The notes beneath the pieces were generated by a model that saw only the letters and a list, made by a program, of their open reading frames with translations, did not search any database and had not been told where the DNA came from. The translations under genes and the position numbers were made by a program. A stretch of DNA of 64,000 bases from Chrysemys picta bellii (Eukaryota), in contig NC_088812.1 in assembly GCF_011386835.1 (NCBI RefSeq), positions 12,338,001-12,402,000 on the forward strand, read 5' to 3'. Positions 12,151 to 24,000 of this stretch are shown piece after piece (the first letter of the stretch is position 1; every line of letters begins with the position of its first letter).

Positions 12151-15106
12151 GGGCAGGAGTGCAGGCTGTACCATGCCCCGTGGGGGAGGGGGAGTTAATG
12201 TCGGATCAGGGCTCCCCCCTCCCCACCCCCAAATCCTCTTTCGCACTTAAATCCGCCTCTGAGTCCTGGACAAAGGAGCCGTGTGACCCGGGCACTGGCT
12301 AATCCTGCCCCACCCCCATGCTCAGCACATGCTCCCCGCTCGGATGCCCCCCCAGCTGGGCCAGGCCCGGGGGGGGGTGTCCCTGCTCCGTGCAGGGCAG
12401 TGGGGGGGCCCCTTTCCCACCCCCTCCCCTGCCCAGGCCGGCCCCATGGCCCCGGCCTGCCGAGCGTGTCCTGGCGTCTCTTTGATGTCACCATGCATGG
12501 GGGGGAGGGGGAGGGAGCCTGGTTCCCCCCCACCCCCCATATGCCATGAGGGAATTCACCCTGGGGCACCCATCCTACAGCTGGGGAAACTGAGGCACAG
12601 AGCAGTCGTGCATCGCAAGCAGGGTGACTTCACAGACCCCCCGACGTTGTGCGGCTCAGTGGGTCCAACATGGCAGGTTCCTGGCGTCTCCTGCCCCCGC
12701 CCCCTCCCCTGCCCTCACCCCTTCTGTCGTGCTCCCTTGGTTTGGCCCGGCTGCCCCGGTCCCCTCCAGAGCCCCCGTTACCCCTCGCTGCCAGGCTGTG
12801 GGGCGCGTGCCCCTGACCATCGCTGGGGGATTGGGGCTCCCGGGGGCGCGCTGGCTACGTGGGTGCAGGGCCCCATTGCTGCAGAGCCGGCCCTGCCCCC
12901 CTCCCTGGCACCGCCCGCTGTGCCCAGCTCCTCCTGGCGTGGTGCTGGCAGGGCTTAGCGCCGGGCTGGCAGGGCCCGCCCCATGGGGGGGGGCAATCGG
13001 CTCTTCCCTGGACTTTGCCTGGAGCAGAACTTGTGTGACTGAGCCCCGGCCCCAGAGCCGGTCTGAACAGCAGGAAGGTATGTGGGACGAAGGCAGCGCA
13101 GGGGGTATGGGCCGGGGGGTGGCAGCTGGATCAGGGCCCAGCTGCAGGGGTGATGCCAGGCGTGTCGGGGGTGAGGGGCGTAGGGGGCAGAGCTGGTGGC
13201 TGGTGGAGCAGGGGTCACGGACGGGGCGAGCGGCTCAGCCACTGACCCCCCCCATACCTGTGGGTCGCCCCAGCTGCCCTGGCGTGGTGAGGCTGCATGG
13301 GGCCGGGCTGGGGGCCACTGAAAGCCCAGATGGGGCGGCAGGACGCCTGGGTTCCATTCCCAGCCCTGCGCTGGGTCCGTGGGTCAGCCCCTCCCCTGCT
13401 TTGTGCCTCAGTTTACCCACCTGAAACACAAAGCGCCTGCCCCCCTTTGGCAGCTGCTGAGGAAGGGCATTTTGCTGCTGTCTGGGGGACCTTCGGGAGC
13501 TGTGCCGAGAGGCAGGCAGCTCCCCCCCGTCCAGCCCAGCCCCAGAGCGTAGCCCTGCTGTGCCCGCCCGGAGCAGTGGTCCAGCCGTTCCTGCATCCCG
13601 CTGCCTGTGGCTGGTGCGAGGGCTGGCGTGGAGCCAGGGCACCCGTGTGGCCCCCTCAAGGCGCCCGCAGGCCGGGGGCACGACCCTGTCGACGGGTCTC
13701 AGGCCAGCTGGGCCCCTGGGCGAGGGCAGCCTGCCCCTCCGTTAACCCTTCCAACGCTGGCACCAGCACCTGCTGTGAGGGGGCAGGACTGGGCCTACCA
13801 GACAGACCCTGGGGTGGTCCCCAGGCTCCAGCCTCCAGCCCAGGCGCCATGCCCCCCCGGGAGAACTGCAATGGGGGGGAGGCACAGACTCGGGTGCAGC
13901 CCCTGGAGGAGGCGCGGACTGGCCCAGTCCCACCTGAGCCAGCCCCCGGGGGCCCTCGCGCCCAACTCCTTCGAGGGTATGAAACCTCCTCCCCGGCCGG
14001 GCCTCTCGCTGTTCAGAGGATTCAGGAGCACGGGTCTAATCCCCCTTGGTAATGCCCCCCCCCCAGCCACGGGGCACTGGGCAGCCGGCCCAGCTCTGCC
14101 GTCGGGGCCAGGGAACGGACCCCACCTTCCCCCCTTCCTACCAGCCACTGCCGGGAGCCCCTCGGTAGAACCCTGGTTCTTGGGGGGGGCGCTGGGTCCC
14201 CCCCCTGCGACTGAGCATGCCCCTCCCCCCCGCAGTGCCTCCAGGTGCAGAGCCCACATGTCACCCTGTCCCCCCCCCGTGGCCCCTTCCAAGGCCCCAG
14301 CTCAAGGCAGGGTTGTTTGGGGGCTCGAGTGGGCGAACTGGATGGCTCCACTCACCCCGTCCAGGGGGGGAGCAGGCGACGCAGGGGGCCAGGCACCGAC
14401 ACCCCCGGCCAGGGGGATTAGCAGGTAAGACAGGAAGCTCTCCCCCCCCCCGAGCCCCAGGGGGCTTAGAGTGCCCGGGGGAGGGGACTGAGCTCTCCCC
14501 TCGTGACTGCAGGGGCCAGCGGCCGGCTTCGCTCTGCCCGGCTCCCTGCCCCGAGCCCGGGGGCATGTGGCACCAAGGGGGGGGCACCCCGCTCTGTGCC
14601 TCAGTTTCTCCATCTCTGTAACAGGGAAGAAGCCCCATCCCCAGTGCCCCCGGCCCCTCCCCACGGGAGCCTCTGACGCGCTGATCCCGGCTAATCCGCA
14701 GCACGCCCGGCCGAGGCCCATGGCCTACTTCGGGCAGGTTGTCGCGGAGACCGGCCGTGGGGGGTAAGGGGGAGCCGTGGCTGCGGGGGGCTCTTGCCCC
14801 CCCCGGGAGGGCGGCTGCACAGAGCGAGGGGGTGGGGGTCTCCCTGTGCCACGGAGTTGGCAAGTGGTAAGTGCCTGCCCAGGCCACGGCCACCCACCGA
14901 CCCGGCACCTGCCCGAAGCCAGTGGGCTGGAGCCTGGGGACCAAACCCCCTGCTCAGGGCACCCTCCTCCCCCTGCCGCAAACACTGTGAATTACTCCGG
15001 GAGGGAAGCGGGTGGGAGGGGGTGGGGGACCCAGGACACCTGGGTTCCTTGCACGATCCCCTCCCCTCCGACTCTGAGGCTGGTGTGTTTGGCGCAGGTG
15101 CCAGCC

Positions 15107-18100
15107 ATGTGGCTCTACGTGGGCCTGGTGGCCCTGGTGTGGGCGCTGGGCTGGTACCTGCGGGACCGCCAGACCCTGGCCAGTGTCCAGGACAAGCACG
15201 TCTTCATCACGGGCTGCGACTCGGGCTTCGGGCACATGCTGGCCAAGCGGCTGGACAGGAAGGGCTTCCGGGTGCTGGCCGGCTGCCTGACCCAGAAAGG
15301 AGCCGACAACCTGCAGCGCACCAGCTCGGCCGGCCTGCGGGCCACCCTGCTCGACGTGACCAGCAGCGAGAGCATCCGGCGGGCCGCGGCGTGGGTGCAG
15401 GCTGAGGTGGGGGAGAAAGGTGAGCGGGGGGGGGGGGGGAGCTCCCTGCCTCTTCCAGCAGGGGGCACCGTGGGGAGCAGTGTGGAGGTGCTGGGGGGGG
15501 GCACCCAGCCAGGGACACCGTGGGGGGCAGAGGATCTGGCTCGGGGGGGCTCTCAGGGCAGATCCCGGCTCCCTTCCAGGTCTCTTCGGGCTGGTGAACA
15601 ACGCGGGGGTGGCGAACCCCATCGGCCCCACCGAGTGGATGCGGATCCAGGATTTCCGGCAGGTTCTGGCCGTCAACACCTTCGGCCTCATCGAGGTGAC
15701 CCTGGCGCTCCTGCCGCTGCTGAAGCGGGCGCGGGGCCGCGTGGTCAACACGTCCAGCGTGCTGGGGCGGCTCTCGGCCAACGGGGGCGGCTACTGCGTC
15801 TCCAAGTACACGGTGGAGGCCTTCTCCGACAGCCTGCGGTGAGCCCCCTACATCCGGCCCCCTTCCCGGCCCCCTTCCCTGTCCCCTCTCCGACAGCCTG
15901 CGGTGAGCCCCCTACATCCGGCCCCTTTCCCTGTCCCTTCCCCGACCCCCTTCCCTGTCCCCTCTCCGACAGCCTGCAGTGAGCCCCCTACATCCTGCCC
16001 CCTTCCCGGCCCCCGGCCCCCTTCCCCGACCCCCTTCCCTGTCCCCTCTCCGACAGCCTGCGGTGAGACCCCTACATCCTGCCCCCTTCCCGGCCCCCGG
16101 CCCCCTTCCCTGTCCCTTCCCCGACCCCCTTCCCTGTCCCCTCTCCGACAGCCTGCGGTGAGTCCCCCACATCCCGCCCCCTTCCCTGTCCCTTCCCCGA
16201 CCCCCGGCCCCCTTCCCTGTCCCCTCTCCGACAGCCTGCGGTGAGCCCCCTACATCCTGCCCCCTTCCCCGACCCCCTTCCCTGTCCCCTCTCCGACAGC
16301 CTGCGGTGAGCCCCCTACATCCGGCCCCCTTCCCGGCCCCCTTCCCCGACCCCCTTCCCTGTCCCCTCTCCAACAGCCTGCGGTGAGCCTCCCACATCCT
16401 GCCCCCTTCCTGGCCCCCGGCCCCCTTCCCTATCCCTTCCCCAACCCCCTGCCCCCTTCCCTGTCCTTTCCCGGCCCCCTTCCCTGTCCCCTCTCCGACA
16501 GCCTGCGGTGAGCCCCCTACATCCTGCCCCCTTCCCCGACCCCCTTCCCTGTCCCCTCTCCGACAGCCTGCGGTGAGCCCCCTACATCCGGCCCCCTTCC
16601 CGGCCCCCTTCCCCGACCCCCTTCCCTGTCCCCTCTCCAACAGCCTGCGGTGAGCCTCCCACATCCTGCCCCCTTCCTGGCCCCCGGCCCCCTTCCCTGT
16701 CCCTTCCCCAACCCCCTGCCCCCTTCCCTGTCCTTTCCCGGCCCCCTTCCCTGTCCCCTCTCCGACAGCCTGCGGTGAGCCCCCCACATCCTGCCCCCTT
16801 CCCCGACCCCCTTCCCTGTCCCCTCTCCGACAGCCTGCGGTGAGCCTCCCACATCCTGCCCCCTTCCCGGCCCCCGGCTCCTTTCTCTGTCCCTTCCCCA
16901 ACCCCCTGCCCCCTTCCCTGTCCTTTCCCGGCCCCCTTCCCTGTCCCCTCTCCGACAGCCTGCGGTGAGCCCCCTACATCCTGCCCCCTTCCCCGACCCC
17001 CTTCCCTGTCCCCTCTCCGACAGCCTGCGGTGAGCCTCCCACATCCTGCCCCCTTCCCTGTCCCTTCCCCAACCCCCTGCCCCCTTCCCTGTCCTTTCCC
17101 GGCCCCCTTCCCTGTTCCCTCTCCGACAGCCTACGGTGATCCCCCCACATCCTGCCCCCTTCCCGGCCCCCTTCCCTGTCCCTTCCCTGACAGCCTGCGG
17201 TGAGCCCCCCACATCCTGCCCCCTTCCCCGGCTCTCTGTCACACAGCCCCCATCCCCGACCCCCTGCCATGCCGCGCTGGGAGGTAGTGCCCCCTGCCAG
17301 GCCCCCTCTCAGAGAAGGCCTGGGTTACCCCCAATCCCTCAACTCTTTGCTGGGGGACAGGCTGGGAGCCAGGACTCCTGGGTTCTCTCCTGGCTCTGGG
17401 AGGAGAGTGGGGGCTAGTGGTTAGGGGGGGGAGAGAAGAGAGCCAGGACTCCTGGGTTCTCTCCTGGCTCTGGGAGGAGAGTGGGGGCTAGTGGTTAGGG
17501 GGGGGGGAGAGAAGAGAGCCAGGACTCCTGGGTTCTTGCCCTGCCCCCGCATTGATGTGGCACTGGTAGAGTCGGCTCCTGCTCTGGACACGGAGTTAAC
17601 GCCTGGGCACCGGCCACTCAGCTCCGTTCCGGATCCGGCCTGTTCCCCGCCGGCTGTCCTGGGGCTGGGGGCACTTCCCCCGCAGCTCACGCCGGTGCCT
17701 TGCAGGCGGGACATGTACCACTTCGGGGTGCGCGTGTCCATCGTCGAACCCGGGTTCTTCAAGACGGCCGTGACTAGCCTGGACGCCATCGAGGCCTCGC
17801 TGCAGGAGCTGTGGAGCAGCTGGCGCCCGAGGCCAGGCAGAGCTACGGGGAGGATTTCTTCCAGCAGTGTGAGTGCCGGGGCCCGGGCCGGCCAGGGCCA
17901 ACCCCCAGAGCTGGGCCTCTGGCACTGGGGTGCTCAGGTCACAGGCTGAAGGGAAATGGGGGGCCCCCTTCATCCTGTGAGACCCCCACTCAAGTCACTT
18001 ACCTGCTACCCTGCCTCAGTTTCCCCAGCTGCAGAACAGGGCTGTGGGGAGACAGTCAGCTGATCCCCTGCACTCCCCACGTGGGGCTGCTCTTTGTCCC

Positions 18101-18785
18101 CCCCCCATCCCCGTGTGTCTCAGTCCAGCCCATGGCCACTGAATGGGGAACCCCTCCCAGCTGCTGGGGTGGGGGCTGCGTAACCCAGGTGCTGCAGAAG
18201 CAGAGGTGGGGGGCATGGCAGGGGACACAAGAAAAGAATCGCAGCCCTGAGGAGACAGGAAGTGCTGTGCCTTCCGCTGGATGCAAGAGCCACCTTCACT
18301 TCCTGTCCTAAACTCCCCTGCCCAGTTGCTGCATGGCTGGATAAACACTGCCCCCGCCCCCAGGTGGTTGAATCTCAGCGCCGGGCAAGGCAAGGCATCC
18401 CTGTCTAAACAGCTGCCGTGCTCCACCCCAGAGGTGGCTGCATCTCACTAGTAACACAGAGGTGCCCGGGGCAGGTAGGCAGTGGCCCAGGAGGCAGGAA
18501 TGGGAGCCATGCATGGGGGGCTGTGCCCAGCCCTGCCTCACCAACCCCCTCCCCTCCCCAGACCTTAAGGTGCAGCGTCTCATCATGAACTTCATCTGCG
18601 ACCCCGACCTGAGCAAGGTGACCAGCTGCATGGAGCACGCGCTGCAGGCCAAGCACCCGCGCACGCGGTACAGTGCCGGCTGGGACGCCAAGCTGCTCTG
18701 GCTACCGGCCTCCTACCTGCCGGCCTTCCTGGTGGATGTTGTGCTGGCCACGATCCTGCCGAAGCCGGCTCGCCGCAGCCGCTAG
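15107..18785 (+). CDS. RDH5: 11-cis retinol dehydrogenase (SDR family), 4 coding exons; apparent 1-nt deletion in third coding exon
   Basis: Exons 15107-15419, 15580-15838, 17706-17868 and 18562-18785. Motifs TGCDSGFG (cofactor binding), GLVNNAG, YCVSK (catalytic YxxxK), IVEPGFFKT and C-terminal [13 protein letters not shown]. The position between BLOC1S1 and CD63 matches RDH5. The frame breaks near 17813 (see findings). AATAAA at 18855-18860. Confidence 0.93.
15820..17230. repeat. Minisatellite built from the RDH5 exon/intron junction (16 extra copies, units ~64-125 bp)
   Basis: Each unit carries ...ctctccgacagcctgcgGTGAG or a close variant. Donor-like GTs at 15903, 15979, 16063, 16158, 16241, 16306, 16383, 16508, 16573, 16650, 16775, 16840, 16965, 17030, 17136 and 17200. 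Confidence 0.92.
17360..17535 (+). repeat. Tandem copies (~77 bp, 3x) of a SINE-head-like module
   Basis: gggctagtggttag (A-box-like) ... gagccaggactcctgggttct (B-box-like) repeated. The same module recurs at ~7600, 19050-19215, 21990, 30000, 30910, 39420 and 59455-59580. Confidence 0.65.
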
Positions 18786-21063
18786 CCCCAGCGCTGTACG
18801 TGGGGTTTAGCCCAAAGAATGTGATTGGGCCCCGGCCCCCCAAAGCCTCTTGGAAATAAACCAGCCCCCAAAGGACGCCAGGCCTGGCCCGCTCGGTTCT
18901 GTTCACATTCCCCCGGGCAGGGACCGGGCAATTCCCCTTCCCAGCCTGGCTTCGCCTCCCGCCAGCCCCCTGCTCAGTGCGACAGCGGGGGGCTTCCTGG
19001 GTCTCGCCCCGCTGCTGGGAAGGGAGGGGGCCAGTGGAGTGTGGGGGGGGTCAGGACTCAGGGGTTCTCAGCCCAGCTGCTGGGAAGGGAGGGGGCCAGT
19101 GGAGTGTGTGGGGGGGTCAGGACTCCAGGGTTCTCAGCCCAGCTGCAGGGAAGGGAGGGGGCCAGTGGAGTGGGGGGGGGGGTCAGGACTCGGGGGTTCT
19201 CAGCCCAGCTGCTGGGAAGAGAGGCAGCCAGTGTGTGGGGGGGTGTCAGCTGCTCAAGGGGGCGCTGGGGCCAGGGCGCTGGAAAGCAGGACCCCTGGCT
19301 GGGCGAGTCACAGCCCGTGCCCACGCTGCCCTGGGGCTGTTACGGACTCACGGATCGTGCCCACTCTTGGCCCCGTGCGGTCCGTGAGGGGTGCCCCTGT
19401 AAGGGCCAGGCCCACCCGCCCGCAGCTCCCATCCTGCTAGCCCCGGCCCCGGGGCTTGAACCTGCAAAGCTCGGGGCTGGTTAGGTTCCCCTCCTGCAGC
19501 CCCACATGTGACCAGCAGGGGGCCCAGCTGGGAGACAGTAAATGTCACGTCCCACTAGCCCTCAATGGGGGCAGCCAGGCCTCCTTCGCTATGGGGGATG
19601 GGCTGCTCCCGGGGGGGGCACAGCTGGGCCCCTGCCCAATCCGAGCAGGCGGGAGTGAGCTGCTCCCAGCCGAGGGCTGGCCCCAGGTGAGTCGAGTTAC
19701 TGGGTCTCAGCTGCACGGCCCATGCACCAGCCTCAAGCAAGGCACATATGGGTCACGGAGCCCCCCTGCCTGGCCATTGGGGGCCCGGAGATGGAGCGGG
19801 GGGGTCCCCACGCCCACTGTGGGGGGCAGAGGGGACACCAGGAGGCCACCGGGCGCCAGGGCCGAGCCCCATGTCTGGTCGGCAGGGGGCCCCCGGCCTC
19901 ACCCCACGACTAGCTGATCCCCGGCCCCAGCCCAGGGGCTCCTGCTGGCTTGGAAGGGGCCAGGCTCTCAGCTGCTCAGCAGCAGGGCCCCCCCCCCCGC
20001 CTGTCTCCACCCAGCCCCCGGGGGCCCCGGTGGCTCCCCCCCCTTCCTGCTGCAGGAAGCAAGACCCTTCCGGAGGGGAGCGGCCGGACAAGTTTCCATG
20101 ACAACACTTGCCAGAGACCTTCAGGGGCTGAAAAATATTGAAGGGGGGGGGTGGGAAGAGATGAACAAGTCCAGCCCCCTCCCACCATGCTTTTGGGGGC
20201 GTGGGGGGGGGGGTCAAACACCAGCCCAGGCGGGTGAAATTCTTGGTGTGTGGTCACCAGCCCTGGGCTGGAAGGGGGGGGGGGTAACTCAGGGGTCAGA
20301 GGGATGGGGGGGCGGGGAAAAAATCACACATGCCCCCCCACTGAGCTGGGCACGAGGCTCCCGGTCCCGCTGCAGCAGCAGAGGGGTTAACACTTGGGGG
20401 CAGGCCCTGCCCCCCACTCACCACTGACGCGGGGGGGGGGTTGCTCCCCTGGGACCCCCAGCATGGACCCCCCAGGGCATGTGTGTAGGAATCCCCCCCC
20501 CTCCTGGCACTGACCCAGCCCGGGCTGCCCCAGTAACACCTGCTTTGAGCCCGGCAGACGCCCACACGGCCCCGGCTGCGGGGGGGGGGGGGGTGAGCAC
20601 AGGGGCATTTCGGAAACTGCCTTAACCACCCCCCACCCCCAAGAGCTGCCCCCTTGCCCCCCAAGCCGGGGCCGAAGGACCCAAGAAGCCCCGAGGCAGA
20701 ACAGAGCAATCCAGGGAAGCTTTTTATTTTCAAAATATTGTGCCCCCCCCCCAAACACATCTTCAAACATATCAACATTCCCCCCTCTCCCTAAAGACAG
20801 AGACCCCCCCCCGGACTCCCCTCCCCCGACACTGGAGAGGTGGGGGGGGAGGGGCAGCTAAAGAAAGAAAAGGGGGAGGGGGTTTGGCAAATATTTAAGG
20901 CACCTGCTGCCCCTCCATTAGAGGAAATATGGTAACCGCTGCAGGACAGGAGCTGCCCACCAGGGGGCGCTGCGGAAAGAAGGCGGGTCTGACGGCTTAA
21001 AGGGGCAGAGACACCCCCAACCCCCCAGAGTCCTGGCTGGGGCAGGACGACCCCGCCCGGCCA

Positions 21064-24000
21064 CTACATGACCTCGTAGCCGCGCCGGATCCCCCTCATG
21101 AGGCAGCAGGCGAAGACGATGCCCAGGAGCTGTAAGAGGGGACGAGGAGTCAGGCGATCACGATGCCAACACCCCCCCGGCTTTAACCCCCCACCCGCCG
21201 GGCACTGCCCGGCCCTGCGACTTTTGCCCTCCAGCCCATTAGAGGGAGGGGCACCCCCAGCTCACCCCCCAAAGCTCCCCGATCGGCCCCTCAGGGTCCC
21301 AGCTCTGCGCCCAGACCCAGCCGCGGGATCTAGGGAAATTGTCCAGCACCCTGGATTCCCCCACCCCACCCCCAGCACTGCCCCGCCCATCCGGGCTGCC
21401 CATGTCCGGACTCAGGAGCAGGGGCGGGGCATGCCGCGGGGCAGGACCAGGGCCAGGGGCGGGGCCAGGAGCAGAGGGGACCAGGGGCGGGGCCCTCAGT
21501 ACCTCGAAGAAGGCGATGCCCAGCGCCACGGCCGCCACGATCACAATATGTTTCTTCAGCCAGGCCTCGATGCTCTCCGCACAGCCCTGCAGCGGGAGCC
21601 GATGAGGTAGCTCAGAGACCCAGCTGGGACAGTGCAAACCCCCCTTTCCCACCAACCCTACCCACACCCGAGCCCTGCCCATCCCCACCAGCTCCAGCTG
21701 GGACAGTGTGAACTCCCCCTTTCGCCCCAGCCCTGCCCACACAGCCCCCCAGCCCCAGGCTGGAACTCACTTGGACGTTGATGGTGTCAGCGGTGGGATT
21801 GACGTTGCAGGTGGACAGGGTGGCGTTCGCCTGGCAGCAGGATGTGGGGACGCTGTGGTTGCTTTTGAACGGTTCGTATTTGAACCAGTCTGTGTAGTTA
21901 TGGGCTCCGCAGCAGGAATACTGTAAACAAGGAGAGAACCAGGGGTCAGAACAAGCAGGAGCTGTCTGGCCTCAGGGGCGTGAGGTCTAGTGGTTAGAGC
22001 AGGTGGCTGGGAGTCAGGACTCCTGGGTTCCCTCCCCAGCTGTGAGAGGGAAATTTGGTCCAGCATTTGGAACTAGGGCCTGCAACACCCCACCTGGTCC
22101 CCCAAATGAGGTCAAAGGTCACCCCCCCCACTCACTTTCTTCTGCAGTTCGTTCATGGTCTCCGCTACCAGCTCGTCCTTGCTGTATTTCTTCATGGCAT
22201 CCTCCAGGCCGCCCTGGAGCGCGGTGCGGACCTGGGGGGGGAGCAGGGGGGGTCAGAGCAGCCACATGCGTTTCCAGAGGCAGCGCCCAGGGGAACAGGG
22301 CTGCCGGGGCCGAGCGCCCCCTTGTGGGCTCTCGCGTCACCCACAACCTCGGCTGGAGGGGCCCGGACCCAGGCTGAACCCCACTGGCGATCCCCAGGCA
22401 GCCCCAAGAGACGCCTGCGCCAGGGGAGCAGGACCCCCGCCCCCCCAATCGCGGGAGCCACACGGCAGCGAGGTGCCCACCTTGTCCTTGAAGATGTACC
22501 CGGCGATGGCAGCCGCGATCTCCACCAGGAAGATACAGGTGAGCAGGACGGCGAACTGTGGGAGAGAACGGGGTGAGCCGTGCCCCTCAGCCCTGACCCG
22601 CAGCCCCCCCGCCAGCCCCGCCCCGGGCTCCCTGCCCCCACATCCGAAACCCTTGTGATGCCCCTGAATCCTGCCCCCCCAGCTCCCCACCGGGCTCCCT
22701 GCCCCCCAGCCCTAAACCCTTGTGATGCCCCTCAGTCCTGCCCCGCTGGCCCCCCCGCCCCCATCTCTGCCGCTGGCCGCGCCCCCTCACCGTGGTGACC
22801 ATGCAGTAGTTCTCCTTTGAGGCCCCGCAGCAGCCGAAGAAGGAGACGAAGAAGATGACGACGCCCACCACGATGATGACGATGGGGGCGCCCGAGGCCG
22901 AAGGGCTACTCATGATCAGTGTCTTGTTGAGCTCGAGCTGCACTAAGACCCCGATGACGATGAGGGCAATGCCGCAGAGCTGGAGGGGAAACGGGGGCAG
23001 GTCAACCCCGCGCAGCGCCTGGTCAGTGCCCCTCCCCCACACTCACCCCTCCCAGCCCCCGGCTGGCCCTGGGCCCCATCAGAGCCAAGAACGTGCTGCC
23101 CACGTCCCCTCTGCTGGATAGCACCTGACCTGCTCAGCTGTGTGTCACAGCCCCGTACTGCTGGCAGCTGATGGGGATTCGCCTGTAGCCGGGGTGGCTT
23201 TTGGAACGAGGAGGAGGGGGGACGCGAGTGCCAGTCCTGCCATCCTCAGGGAGTTCCTCTATTTGCTACAAGAGCTTAAATGTCCCCCCAGGATCCCGAA
23301 GCACATGCCAGGCCATGCTTGAAATGCAGCAACCTCTGGGGCAGGGCATGGCGACCTCGCAGCAGCAGTGCTGGAGAAAGGAGTTCCCTCCCCATCCCAC
23401 CAGGTCCTGCCCAGTATCCCCTCCTGGGGGAGGGGTTTGGATAGTTCGGGATACCACACACCCCCCAGCCAGGACATCAGGGTTCGCACCCCGAGCAGTG
23501 CCAGGGTGATGCCATGCAGACACCAGCCGCCCTGGCAGCATCTCAGACACCAGAATGGGGGGGGCAGAGACACCCCCACCCTAAAGACAATCTGGAGCAA
23601 GGGGAGGGGTGAGAACCCCCCCAATAAGGGGGAGATGTGCCAGGTAAGTCCCACCTGGCCCCAGAGAGCGACCCACACACAGACCCAGGCCCTGCGGCCT
23701 CCTTATCTCCTCATCCCATCTGGGGATCTCAAAGCACAAACTCTACTGAACTTCGCCTCCTCCACACTCCCATGTACACTACACTCCCCACGTGCTCTCC
23801 CCCCCCCACCAGCCTCCACCCCCTTCCCAAACAGCCCCGCCCGCCCTATTTACCTTTCCCTGCCCAAGGAACACAGACCCACAGGTGCATGGACGCCACC
23901 CACTTGCCAGGGATCAAGGGGCAGAGAGCGCTGCCAGCCCCGGGAGGGGGCACGGGGCAGGGTCATTCCCTGAACACATTGGGGAGGGGGGGGGCTCACC

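Noticed and set aside
15820-17230. Repeat array superficially like CRISPR (conserved core plus variable linkers)
   Set aside because: Vertebrate intron; the linkers are rearrangements of the same C/T-rich words rather than unique spacers; no cas genes.
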